A stretch of 64,000 bases of DNA, from positions 416,001 to 480,000 of the forward strand of contig JAXGZN010000001.1 in the NCBI GenBank assembly GCA_040776945.1, read 5' to 3'. Origin of the DNA: Methanomassiliicoccaceae archaeon. Lineage in GTDB: Archaea; Thermoplasmatota; Thermoplasmata; Methanomassiliicoccales; Methanomassiliicoccaceae. The position numbers and the translations under genes were made by a program. Below are positions 40,523-48,540 of this stretch, piece by piece. Within the stretch, counting starts at the first letter, position 1. Each line of letters opens with the position of its first letter. The notes beneath the pieces are model-generated. The model was given only the letters and a program-made list of their open reading frames with translations. It was not told the origin of the DNA and ran no database searches.

Positions 40523-41676
40523 TCGTATCGCCTCTGTGAAAGATCTGTGTAAAACCGAATGGAGTCGACTGCCCTCCCCTTGTTAGCTGGAAGCATTTTG
40601 ATAACCGAGTTGAAAATTTGGTCCTGAAATATTTCAAGGTCAAAATCAACTATCTGTGCATGCTCATGGGCTTTTTGTAGGCATAATGGGTAAAATGGTA
40701 CAGGGAATCCATTTATAGCGTCATTTAGCAGATACCCAAAGATTTCTTGGGCATGTTGTTTTTGTTCCGAAAATACATCGACAGCCCATACAGGATCTCC
40801 AGATCGTTTCCCAAAACGGACAAGGAACATATCCCCAGCAACAAACTTCGGAGCCTCAGTGTCCTCCCCCTCCACCTCACGGCCCTTGGCGTACTCTTCC
40901 CAAATGTAAGCTTTAGCTTCCAGATTGCGTGGAATAGGAACATACCAAGGTTCTCCACCGGGGAAGATGTCCTCTATACCCATTGCAAGGCGGTACCTGT
41001 CTATAACCTTGGAGTGCTTAGCTACCCCTACTAAAAACACTTTCCTTCTATCTTCTTTGTATATTTTTTGAATTGCATTTTCAATGTTCTTTCGTACTGT
41101 GATGAAGAGATCCTTCGAAAATAGTTTACATCTCAGCTGGCCATCCCTTACCACTAAGGTGTTCGTGGCAAATGAATCATAAACAATCCTCTCATATAAG
41201 ACGGCCCATTCGCACAGGTCCCGGTAAACCAGGACCCATCCTGGTTTTACTGAGTCGGGTTTGTTCCGTATCTTCTCCCCATAAGGAATCATGCCACTTA
41301 GCTCGTGTAATGTGTCCACCCCTAGATCCCTCATCATTTTTCCGAGGGCGGTTTTTGGGGTGCCGTCATCGCCAAATTGCCGCCTACTCAATTCATCAGT
41401 ATCTGTCGACGGCGAAACTACATCCAGACATAGATTCTTACCGTACGAATCGGTAACCCTTACTAGTTGCATAAAGAAAGGATCAAAAGCGAGTTTGTTA
41501 TTGCCACCATCACTAGCTACCAAGGAGACGGCAGTCACAGAGCGTGGCTGAATCTTCTTTACTTCAGGTTTTACCTGTCTGATTTCGGCACATATCTCAT
41601 CCAGTAGACGAATATCTGCCTTCGCTCGCTCCGTTATCATATCCCTAAGTTCAACTAAAGTGTCCGTATCCAACAT
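40519..41676 (-). CDS. NurA-family nuclease
   Basis: VASDGG, VVRDGQL, LVGVAKHS and YPLCLQKAHEHAQI motifs; ATGA overlap with the HerA gene. Confidence 0.82.
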   Translation of the reverse strand: MLDTDTLVELRDMITERAKADIRLLDEICAEIRQVKPEVKKIQPRSVTAVSLVASDGGNNKLAFDPFFMQLVRVTDSYGKNLCLDVVSPSTDTDELSRRQFGDDGTPKTALGKMMRDLGVDTLHELSGMIPYGEKIRNKPDSVKPGWVLVYRDLCEWAVLYERIVYDSFATNTLVVRDGQLRCKLFSKDLFITVRKNIENAIQKIYKEDRRKVFLVGVAKHSKVIDRYRLAMGIEDIFPGGEPWYVPIPRNLEAKAYIWEEYAKGREVEGEDTEAPKFVAGDMFLVRFGKRSGDPVWAVDVFSEQKQHAQEIFGYLLNDAINGFPVPFYPLCLQKAHEHAQIVDFDLEIFQDQIFNSVIKMLPANKGRAVDSIRFYTDLSQRRYE

Positions 41677-41680
41677 TGAA

Positions 41681-42748
41681 TCACTTCAGCACCGCAAAGC
41701 AATCAAGCTCCTGGTTGGCCTTGCCAATCGATGTTCCAAAATGCTCTGCTTGCCTGTTTCCTCGGCCTGGCATTCCTGCCGATATAATTGCCTGTATATC
41801 CCAATCCGCCTCTAGGGTGCTTTCCAATATTTCCCTTGCAGTTCCTTTAAAGGATGGGAGTACGCCCAATCGGATGACTAGCTTCGCTCTCTTAGTGCAA
41901 ACATCGGCAACATTTTTCCATACTTTTTTAAGATCGTCTTCGAAATCATTGAGTGAGATGTGCGAAATCTGGTTGGGTTTTGTATAGTCGACTTTCCAAG
42001 GTCCACCAACAAACCAGTTCCTCAGCCATTGGTCTTGTTTGTAAGTGACCATCCCCAGGTAAGGTGGTGATGTTATTACCCAACTAAATTTGACACCAGC
42101 CTCAACTTGGAAAGTTTTTCTTGAGTCTTGGTCGATAATGAATCCATTTGTTCTATCTGGTAATGTTTTGAAAACAAATTCAGCTCTTCTCTTCACAACT
42201 TCTTTTACATCAATTTTTGGTGGTTCTAGGCCTTTTTTATGCCAATAATTAACCGAATATTTGGGCTTGGTTGAGAATGTCCTTGGCATTTGATTAGATA
42301 GGTAGGAAATGGTGTTGACATTTCTGGGCCCATGTAAAATGCCCAACATAATCGCTCTCAGAGCAATCTCAGCATCCGTTTCACAGCTGTTCAATAAATA
42401 TTCACGAATTTTACATATCTGTTTGAGCGTTGAACTAGAATAACAGTGCTCCCAGAATTCACCCTCTGGAATATCAAAACTCAGTTTTGAACCAAGGATA
42501 TGTCCACATAAACGAGTAACCTCATTGGCTGTTGTTGATACTAATTTTGCCTTTGAAATAGCACAGGCAACTTGATTTGAATCGATACCGACAGAGTTAC
42601 AACTTTTAATCCTTGCTGCAAAAAGTGTTGTGCCTCTACCGCAAAATGGGTCCAGTACCCATTCATTCCTATTTGCGGTTGATAGGATTTCATAAGGGAA
42701 GGTCAAAGGGTACATGGTAAAATATGGACAAATAGAGTTCAATCTCAA
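41681..42748 (-). CDS. Amino-DNA methyltransferase (probably N4-cytosine, alpha motif order)
   Basis: Motif X YFTMYP, motif I VLDPFCGRGTT, motif IV ITSPPY. The start is uncertain because the frame stays open a short way upstream. Confidence 0.88.
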   Translation of the reverse strand: MRLNSICPYFTMYPLTFPYEILSTANRNEWVLDPFCGRGTTLFAARIKSCNSVGIDSNQVACAISKAKLVSTTANEVTRLCGHILGSKLSFDIPEGEFWEHCYSSSTLKQICKIREYLLNSCETDAEIALRAIMLGILHGPRNVNTISYLSNQMPRTFSTKPKYSVNYWHKKGLEPPKIDVKEVVKRRAEFVFKTLPDRTNGFIIDQDSRKTFQVEAGVKFSWVITSPPYLGMVTYKQDQWLRNWFVGGPWKVDYTKPNQISHISLNDFEDDLKKVWKNVADVCTKRAKLVIRLGVLPSFKGTAREILESTLEADWDIQAIISAGMPGRGNRQAEHFGTSIGKANQELDCFAVLK

Positions 42749-42895
42749 AATTGGATTTGTTTTGTTAAGCGTGTTTGAGGTTTGGAATTGAGCTATTTGT
42801 GGATATTCAGCAATCGTACTTTTACTCCCCGTGGTTAAGTCTCTTGTGGATATAATATCTTTAGGTTTCTTTGATTAAAATCGAACTATTACACG

Positions 42896-43084
42896 ATGGA
42901 GGAAAAACATGGTAAACAGGGGTCTTATGTCTCATTAAAAATTGATAAAAAGGCATCTGGCTCATACGAATACATACACACATATGTGGAGGCCATACAA
43001 CCTATCAGTCCGTTCACACATTTTTTTATTAATAAGAGAGAAGGACATGGTGGGGAATCAGACGTAGTGGTATTAAGTCGATAG
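42896..43084 (+). CDS. Small hypothetical protein or gene fragment
   Basis: 62-aa ATG ORF upstream of the HNH gene; no recognisable motif. Confidence 0.3.
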   Translation: MEEKHGKQGSYVSLKIDKKASGSYEYIHTYVEAIQPISPFTHFFINKREGHGGESDVVVLSR

Positions 43085-43138
43085 CCCACCAAAGAGTCAA
43101 GGATCAGTTATATTTCAACTGACATCAATCCATCCAAT

Positions 43139-43669
43139 ATGAATCCGTTATTCCCATCATATGAACTATCTTGGAGAACTGAAGAGGATGATGCTTTTCG
43201 ACAGAGTAGTGCTTGGAAAAAGATACGTCTTAGGATACTAAATCGAGATGATTATACATGTGCTTATTGTGGTTATCGAGCCGAGAAGTATCAACAGGTA
43301 AATCATATTGATGGAAATCCAAAAAACAATGATGATTCAAATCTAGAAGTGATCTGTCCCGAATGTCACAAGGTCATGCACTCTGGACTTTGGTGTAAAG
43401 TCAAGAAAACAATGATATTATTCGAGTCATCGAACTATTCGCAGACCGAGATAATCAGAATAACGAGAGAGATGCGTTCTCAGGGCAAGAAGGATGATGA
43501 GATTATCGACTACTTGGGGCTAAAGAACCGAATGCCTTGGATGCAGGACCTCGCCTATCTCAAGCCTCTTTTTGCGTTTATTACATCAGCTCCTGAAATA
43601 GATTCCCCGAAACGTTATTTGTCAGAAGAGAAGCAGAAATATAATGCGATAAATAGAGACAAGTGGTAA
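43139..43669 (+). CDS. HNH endonuclease
   Basis: WKKIRLRILNRDDYTCAYCG...VNHIDGNPKNNDDSNLEVICPECHKVMH. Confidence 0.92.
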   Translation: MNPLFPSYELSWRTEEDDAFRQSSAWKKIRLRILNRDDYTCAYCGYRAEKYQQVNHIDGNPKNNDDSNLEVICPECHKVMHSGLWCKVKKTMILFESSNYSQTEIIRITREMRSQGKKDDEIIDYLGLKNRMPWMQDLAYLKPLFAFITSAPEIDSPKRYLSEEKQKYNAINRDKW

Positions 43670-43980
43670 TCTAGGCTATCTGAGATTATGTGAAGCCTCA
43701 GACCCGGCTCCCTCTATGACCCTTGGAGTCGTGAAGTATGCATTAGCTATTTAGCGTGTCTAACGATCTCTGATGATGGTTGGTTAAGCTTTCTCTAAAC
43801 CATCCGTATGATGGATGATTATCTTCAAATCACCCCATCCGTTGTGGCCCTGAGTCCGCAACCACCCTTTTTTAGAAGGGGGAAGTGGCAAAGTGGGGCC
43901 CCATACCACGAGGGTAGGGGGTGGGGGGCGTTCCTATTTTCAGGAAATTTAAAGTGAAACATCATTAGAAAGCCTATTGA

Positions 43981-44311
43981 GAGATTTTAACCATTTTAAC
44001 CATCTGACTCTCTTTCATTCTTAAAGATGTGGTCAGTAATAATAAATAATAGTAATAATAAAAATAATTCAGTGTCCACTAATCTCGCCGGTTATTTTTG
44101 GCCTTTACCGGCAGTAATACTATATGTACATTAGATAGCCGGAATCCTCCAGACATGTCCAGATGGGCCTGTCCATCCGGCTTGTTTTTTATTCAGGGGA
44201 TTTGTCGACGTGCTATTCTCCCTTCCTTGGGCCCTTTTTCTTCCTCCTCGTATCATATCAGGTACTTATCGGACAGTCAGGATTTGTCATGGATAAAATG
44301 GTTAAAATCTC
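43981..44311. other. Putative replication origin of the element (inverted iteron-like repeats flanking an AT-rich tract)
   Basis: GAGATTTTAACCATTTTAACCAT (43981-44003) and ATGGATAAAATGGTTAAAATCTC (44289-44311) form an inverted repeat matching at 22/23, with an almost pure A/T tract at about 44037-44069 between them. Confidence 0.5.
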
Positions 44312-44360
44312 GCATAGATAAATTAGATGACTAACTAGAACATGACGGTATGTTCTTGAC

Positions 44361-44861
44361 TCAGGCATCTTTAGTCAAGTGCGTCCCATCACTCCTGAAA
44401 CAGGATAACACCCTCCTGTTGCCGTGAGACCTTACAGGCTTACCCTCCGGCTCAACCACCCATTGGTAGCCTAGCTCCCCAACCCAAGTGTAGAACTCCT
44501 TGTTGCCGATTGGAGGGAGGAGCTTGTCTTTGGCGATGTTGTCGAATTCTTCCCTGATGTCGCTGTCGTAAATCTTGCAAGGGTGCTTCCTCTGTACAAG
44601 ATCCTTGACCGCTTGATCGATAAGAGGCTTGACGTTATTACCTGCCCCGCCTGGCGTGATGTTGGTCCTCTTGATAGTGCCATTGACATATCTGACCGTC
44701 TTAACCGCTAGCTCGTGAGCCATCTCCGGGGAGATGTGGAAGTTAAGCTCTTTCTCCAGGTAGTCGACTATGATCATGTTGGCGAAGGGCGGAAGCTGAT
44801 CCATGACACGTTTCTTGATCTCAGGGTTCGTGTCGTATCTATCAGCCTCACACTTCAGCAA
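44361..44861 (-). CDS. Hypothetical protein (element backbone; possibly DNA-binding or replication-related)
   Basis: Last of three co-oriented, closely spaced ORFs; no recognisable family. Confidence 0.55.
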   Translation of the reverse strand: MLKCEADRYDTNPEIKKRVMDQLPPFANMIIVDYLEKELNFHISPEMAHELAVKTVRYVNGTIKRTNITPGGAGNNVKPLIDQAVKDLVQRKHPCKIYDSDIREEFDNIAKDKLLPPIGNKEFYTWVGELGYQWVVEPEGKPVRSHGNRRVLSCFRSDGTHLTKDA

Positions 44862-44864
44862 TGG

Positions 44865-45206
44865 TCATAACCTATCCCATTGTTCCTGGGAGATAAATCC
44901 ATTCATTCTTGCCTCCTTTATTTCCGCTACGCTCCAAATGGCAAAGAACCCAGCCTCCCTATTTGCCCTCCTTACCTTATTGTACTCCCTGCCAAGGTAT
45001 TCCAACTCTCTTTCGTACATGCGAAAGCAAAACAGCCACGAAATATCAGATTCATCTATGTCCTCTGGATGGAACCTTGCTCCTTTGATTGCCAAAGGCA
45101 TGTGGCCATCTGGTGCATTAATGCAAGAGAGGGTGGCTACAAGGGTCTCACGACGCTTCAGGGCCTCATTGTTGCAACTCTCGAAGCCCTCCAAATCCTC
45201 ATGCAT
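44865..45206 (-). CDS. Hypothetical protein (element backbone)
   Basis: 113-aa ORF coupled to the upstream gene (TAATG overlap). Confidence 0.55.
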   Translation of the reverse strand: MHEDLEGFESCNNEALKRRETLVATLSCINAPDGHMPLAIKGARFHPEDIDESDISWLFCFRMYERELEYLGREYNKVRRANREAGFFAIWSVAEIKEARMNGFISQEQWDRL

Positions 45207-45460
45207 TAATTCGCCTTCTTCTTAGGGCATAGGGCGTAATACCTTCCATTTTCCTTGGATAGAATCTCTAATTCTTCATGTGCTTGATTGATCAGTCTAG
45301 CATACTGCTTTTCATCGACCTTCATTTTCTCCATGAATTTATCTTTCAGCACATCTTGAATGACATATCCAGGCGTATTGCCCTTTGACAATTCTTCAAT
45401 GTTCTCCCTAAAGAAGGCAAGAAGATCGTGCATGTCCACCTTCTTCTTGTTAACCGTCAC
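45206..45460 (-). CDS. Small hypothetical protein (possible wHTH)
   Basis: 84-aa ORF with a helical body ending in ENGRYY, a wing-like pattern. Confidence 0.55.
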   Translation of the reverse strand: MTVNKKKVDMHDLLAFFRENIEELSKGNTPGYVIQDVLKDKFMEKMKVDEKQYARLINQAHEELEILSKENGRYYALCPKKKAN

Positions 45461-45510
45461 GCCGTTTATCTCAGCCGCATTAATTCCTACGCGTCCAATT
45501 ATGCTACTTT

Positions 45511-47177
45511 CCTGACCTCCCGGGTTTTAGGCACATGGTCGGTCGAGGTCGAGCTCCAACGCCTCGATGATCTTGCGCTGTCTCTTCGTCACCTCGCCGG
45601 TGACGAAGCTGCCGTCCGGCAGCTCCATCCTTCGGACCTTCGATAGCTCCAGCATGATGGACGGGAGCGAGTGGTCACGGCATAGGCCGCTCGAACGCAT
45701 CAGCGCCAGCAGCCTGGACCGGACGATCAGCGCCACGAAGTTCACGAAGATCGTTCCCTTGACCACATCGACCTTCTGCGCTCTGAGCGGCAGGGAGGCC
45801 AGATCGTTCTTCAACGAATAGAACATCTTCTCGATGATGTCGCGTTCCCGGGACCACGACAGGCACTCCTGCCAGCTGTGCCGGCCGGAGTGCAGGATGA
45901 TCATCTTCCCGGCCCGGTTCAGCCGGGCCGATACCGCTTTCTTCTTGACGTCAACGATGAACCTGCGGCCGTCCAGCTTCCAGCCGAAGTACTGTGCCAG
46001 CGCTCCCGCCTCCTCCTCGAACACCCTGGCGGGGCTCTGCCAGGGGCGAACGTCCCTCGACTCCAGCCTGGTCTTGACGCGGTCGAGCCACTCGTAGAAG
46101 GAGGTCTTCTCCTCCTGCTCCCGCCTGAGGTCGTAATAGAGGTAGCCGTCCACGTCCAGCTCGCCGAGCCGGAGCGTCACCTCCTTGACGAAGAAGGTCT
46201 CGTTCTCCAGCTTGCGCAGGTAGGCCGCGTCCTCGATCTCCGCATGGCTCTTGGAGACGATGCTCTTCGCTTCGTCCAGCCGCATCGGCGCAGGCATGAT
46301 GAAATCGTATCCGGCGGAGAGGATGTCGGCTAGGTTCGACTGAGAGTAAAAACCGCGGTCCATGATGAGGACCGGAGCGTCCAGTCCGAGGGAACGAAGC
46401 AGCGCGACGGTGTTCCTGATGGTGCTGACGTCGGCGATGGAGCCTGGATAGGTCTGGAAGCCCAGCGGTATTCCGAGCGTTTTGTGGGCGATGATCGACA
46501 GATTCATCTGCGGAAGTCCGTCACCGTCACGGTTGTGGCCGTACTCCAGTGTCTCCAGCAGCTTCGATGAGGAGGAGAACGAGGTGATGTCGTACAGCAG
46601 CGGCCCCTGGCGTCCGACATTGTCCAGGAGCAGTTCGGTGAACTGCTCCGGTATCGAGCTGCCTCCCAGCGCCGCGAAGAAGTCGCTCAGTGTCTGCGAG
46701 GACAGCGGAAGATCGCCCCACTCTCTCGAGAGGAACGTTCTTTCATACCATGTCTTCACGTTGCTGACCGAGCAGGGGTCGACCACGCGGTTCACCGCCA
46801 AGGCCAGGGCGGTCCTGGCCTTGTCCTCCGGCAGCAGCCGGTCCAGCATTGAATCGAGATCCAGGTCCCGGACGATCTTGAGCGCCGGCAGCAGATCGCC
46901 GTAATCGAAGGCATTGCGCGGCAGCGCCTTCCGAACCCGCTTCGCCTCCCCGTCGATCAGCTTGCCCAGGTACTTCGACCGCTGCCTGGTCTTCTTCGTG
47001 GCGGCATCGTAGTACGGCGTGATCTCGTACACGTAATCGATGCCGTTGATGTTCTTGACGCGGGTGAAGGGCCTCATATACTATGCCTATATAGGCATAG
47101 TACTATTAAAGCACTGTGAAGCATGCTGGCCGTGAGGCGATCAACGGAAGTTAGTGCCTAAAAGTCGGGAGGTCAGG
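45511..47177 (-). mobile_element. IS1634-family insertion sequence
   Basis: 24-bp TIRs CCTGACCTCCCGGGTTTTAGGCAC and GTGCCTAAAAGTCGGGAGGTCAGG (22/24 match); 6-bp target duplication TACTTT at 45505-45510 and 47178-47183; GC-rich relative to the island. Confidence 0.95.
45527..47077 (-). CDS. IS1634-family DDE transposase
   Basis: LYDITS, YGHNRDG, GSIAD, IMDRGFYS and IEKMFYSLKNDL motifs. Confidence 0.93.
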   Translation of the reverse strand: MRPFTRVKNINGIDYVYEITPYYDAATKKTRQRSKYLGKLIDGEAKRVRKALPRNAFDYGDLLPALKIVRDLDLDSMLDRLLPEDKARTALALAVNRVVDPCSVSNVKTWYERTFLSREWGDLPLSSQTLSDFFAALGGSSIPEQFTELLLDNVGRQGPLLYDITSFSSSSKLLETLEYGHNRDGDGLPQMNLSIIAHKTLGIPLGFQTYPGSIADVSTIRNTVALLRSLGLDAPVLIMDRGFYSQSNLADILSAGYDFIMPAPMRLDEAKSIVSKSHAEIEDAAYLRKLENETFFVKEVTLRLGELDVDGYLYYDLRREQEEKTSFYEWLDRVKTRLESRDVRPWQSPARVFEEEAGALAQYFGWKLDGRRFIVDVKKKAVSARLNRAGKMIILHSGRHSWQECLSWSRERDIIEKMFYSLKNDLASLPLRAQKVDVVKGTIFVNFVALIVRSRLLALMRSSGLCRDHSLPSIMLELSKVRRMELPDGSFVTGEVTKRQRKIIEALELDLDRPCA

Positions 47178-47307
47178 TACTTTCTGTCAAAATTTAGCTC
47201 CTAGCTTTAATTTTAAAGCTATATACAATACATGTCTATGTAAGTATATAAAAATTGTCCTGAATAATAAAATGTGGAAAAATGGGGCTTATTGAGCCTG
47301 ACTAGAG

Positions 47308-48192
47308 CTACAGCCGAGGAACCCCTTTATTGTATGCTTCCCTCATCGCCCTGTCGTTGATGTGCAGGTAAATCGTGGTAGTGCTGATGTCCGAGTGTCC
47401 AAGCATATGAGAAAGATGGAACAGGTCACACCCGTTGCCTAGCATGGCCGTGGCGAAGCTGTGCCTTAAAACGTGAGGGGTTACCTTTTCCTTGAGATTC
47501 GCACGTACTGCACACCGCCTGATGGTGTCCTGAATGGCGTAGGCAGACCACCGGTTACCCTTGGCCGAGAGGAACAACGGATCGGTGGGCTTCGGCCGGT
47601 CATGGTACTTAGGGATGTAAGTGGCGATCAGCTTGCACACATCTTCCGATAGCGGGATTTCCCTTTCCTTGTCCCTCTTCGCATGTCGCACCGTTAAACG
47701 CCTGAGAACGAGGTCTACGTCGCCTATATTGAGCATTCTTAGCTCGTTGAGCCTGAGCCCCGTTGTGCAGAAGATCTTCAACAGGGCGTATTCCCTGAAG
47801 TCCCTAGAGGCTTTGCAGAGCTGTTTCATCTGTGCCTCAGTTAGGTACCTAGGGTTACGTTTCTTCGCTCGGGGCTTGCGGAACTTGACCTTCATCCCCC
47901 TCCACTCGCAGTAGTACTCAAGTCCCATGAGCAGGTGTCTCTGGTGCGACTTGGAGTAGCTAGACGACCACACCCTCACTGCAATGTCGTCGATATCCTT
48001 CCTGGTGGGGAAGGGGTTGTTGTTGTCCCTGAGAAGCTTGTTAACGAAGCCATCAATCATCCTAGCCCACGTTCGACCCATCCCTTTGTGCGTCAAAAGC
48101 CACGCAAGGAATGTCATCTCGGTCTCTGGCTCGCACTGCTCTTTTAGAATATCTTGTGCCGTGATTCGGCTTAGTTCGTCGTTTTCCCTCAT
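47308..48192 (-). CDS. Tyrosine recombinase / integrase
   Basis: TGLRLNEL, HAKRDKER, TPHVLRHSFAT and LGHSDISTTTIY: full R-K-H-R-H-Y set. Confidence 0.95.
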   Translation of the reverse strand: MRENDELSRITAQDILKEQCEPETEMTFLAWLLTHKGMGRTWARMIDGFVNKLLRDNNNPFPTRKDIDDIAVRVWSSSYSKSHQRHLLMGLEYYCEWRGMKVKFRKPRAKKRNPRYLTEAQMKQLCKASRDFREYALLKIFCTTGLRLNELRMLNIGDVDLVLRRLTVRHAKRDKEREIPLSEDVCKLIATYIPKYHDRPKPTDPLFLSAKGNRWSAYAIQDTIRRCAVRANLKEKVTPHVLRHSFATAMLGNGCDLFHLSHMLGHSDISTTTIYLHINDRAMREAYNKGVPRL

Positions 48193-48318
48193 GCTGGCTC
48201 ACCTTCCGTCCAGCACGAACTGGCTAGCCAAGCTTGGCCACAGAGAGCCCGAAGGGATCTCGTGACCGAAGGGAAATCGGCGTAAGAGCTTAGTCAACCA
48301 GAATAGTAGAATCAAAAG

Positions 48319-48402
48319 TGCAGGGGAAGGGATTTGAACCCCCGAACCACTAAGGATAAGACCCTGAATCTTACGCCGTTGGCCAAGCTTGGCTACCCCT
48401 GC
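48319..48402 (-). tRNA. tRNA-Leu (CAG), the integration target
   Basis: Reverse complement GCAGGGGTAGCCAAGCTTGGCCAACGGCGTAAGATTCAGGGTCTTATCCTTAGTGGTTCGGGGGTTCAAATCCCTTCCCCTGCA, with a long variable arm. Confidence 0.97.
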
Positions 48403-48540
48403 TTGTAGGTCCACCTTATACTGGCACAAAATATAAACCTTATCCTCCACTGGCAGATGGGACATCCATCGAACGACGTGGGGTCGCCGTAAAAATTAAT
48501 ATAATTAAATGCAGCGAAAGCATCAGCATACCTCAGGATA

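Larger units (their letters stand above)
34658..48371. mobile_element. Integrative element / defence island inserted in tRNA-Leu(CAG)
   Basis: 57-bp direct repeats at both ends, an integrase next to the tRNA, a visibly AT-rich interior compared with the flanks, and nuclease/methylase cargo. Confidence 0.93.

Noticed and set aside
38366-41676. Housekeeping herA-nurA DNA repair locus
   Set aside because: No mre11/rad50 nearby, AT-rich, inside an att-bounded element and coupled to a methyltransferase.
33983-48371. Three copies of a 30-bp sequence as a CRISPR array
   Set aside because: The copies are 0.7 and 13.7 kb apart and match the tRNA-Leu 3' end. No regularly spaced repeats or cas genes were seen in the window.
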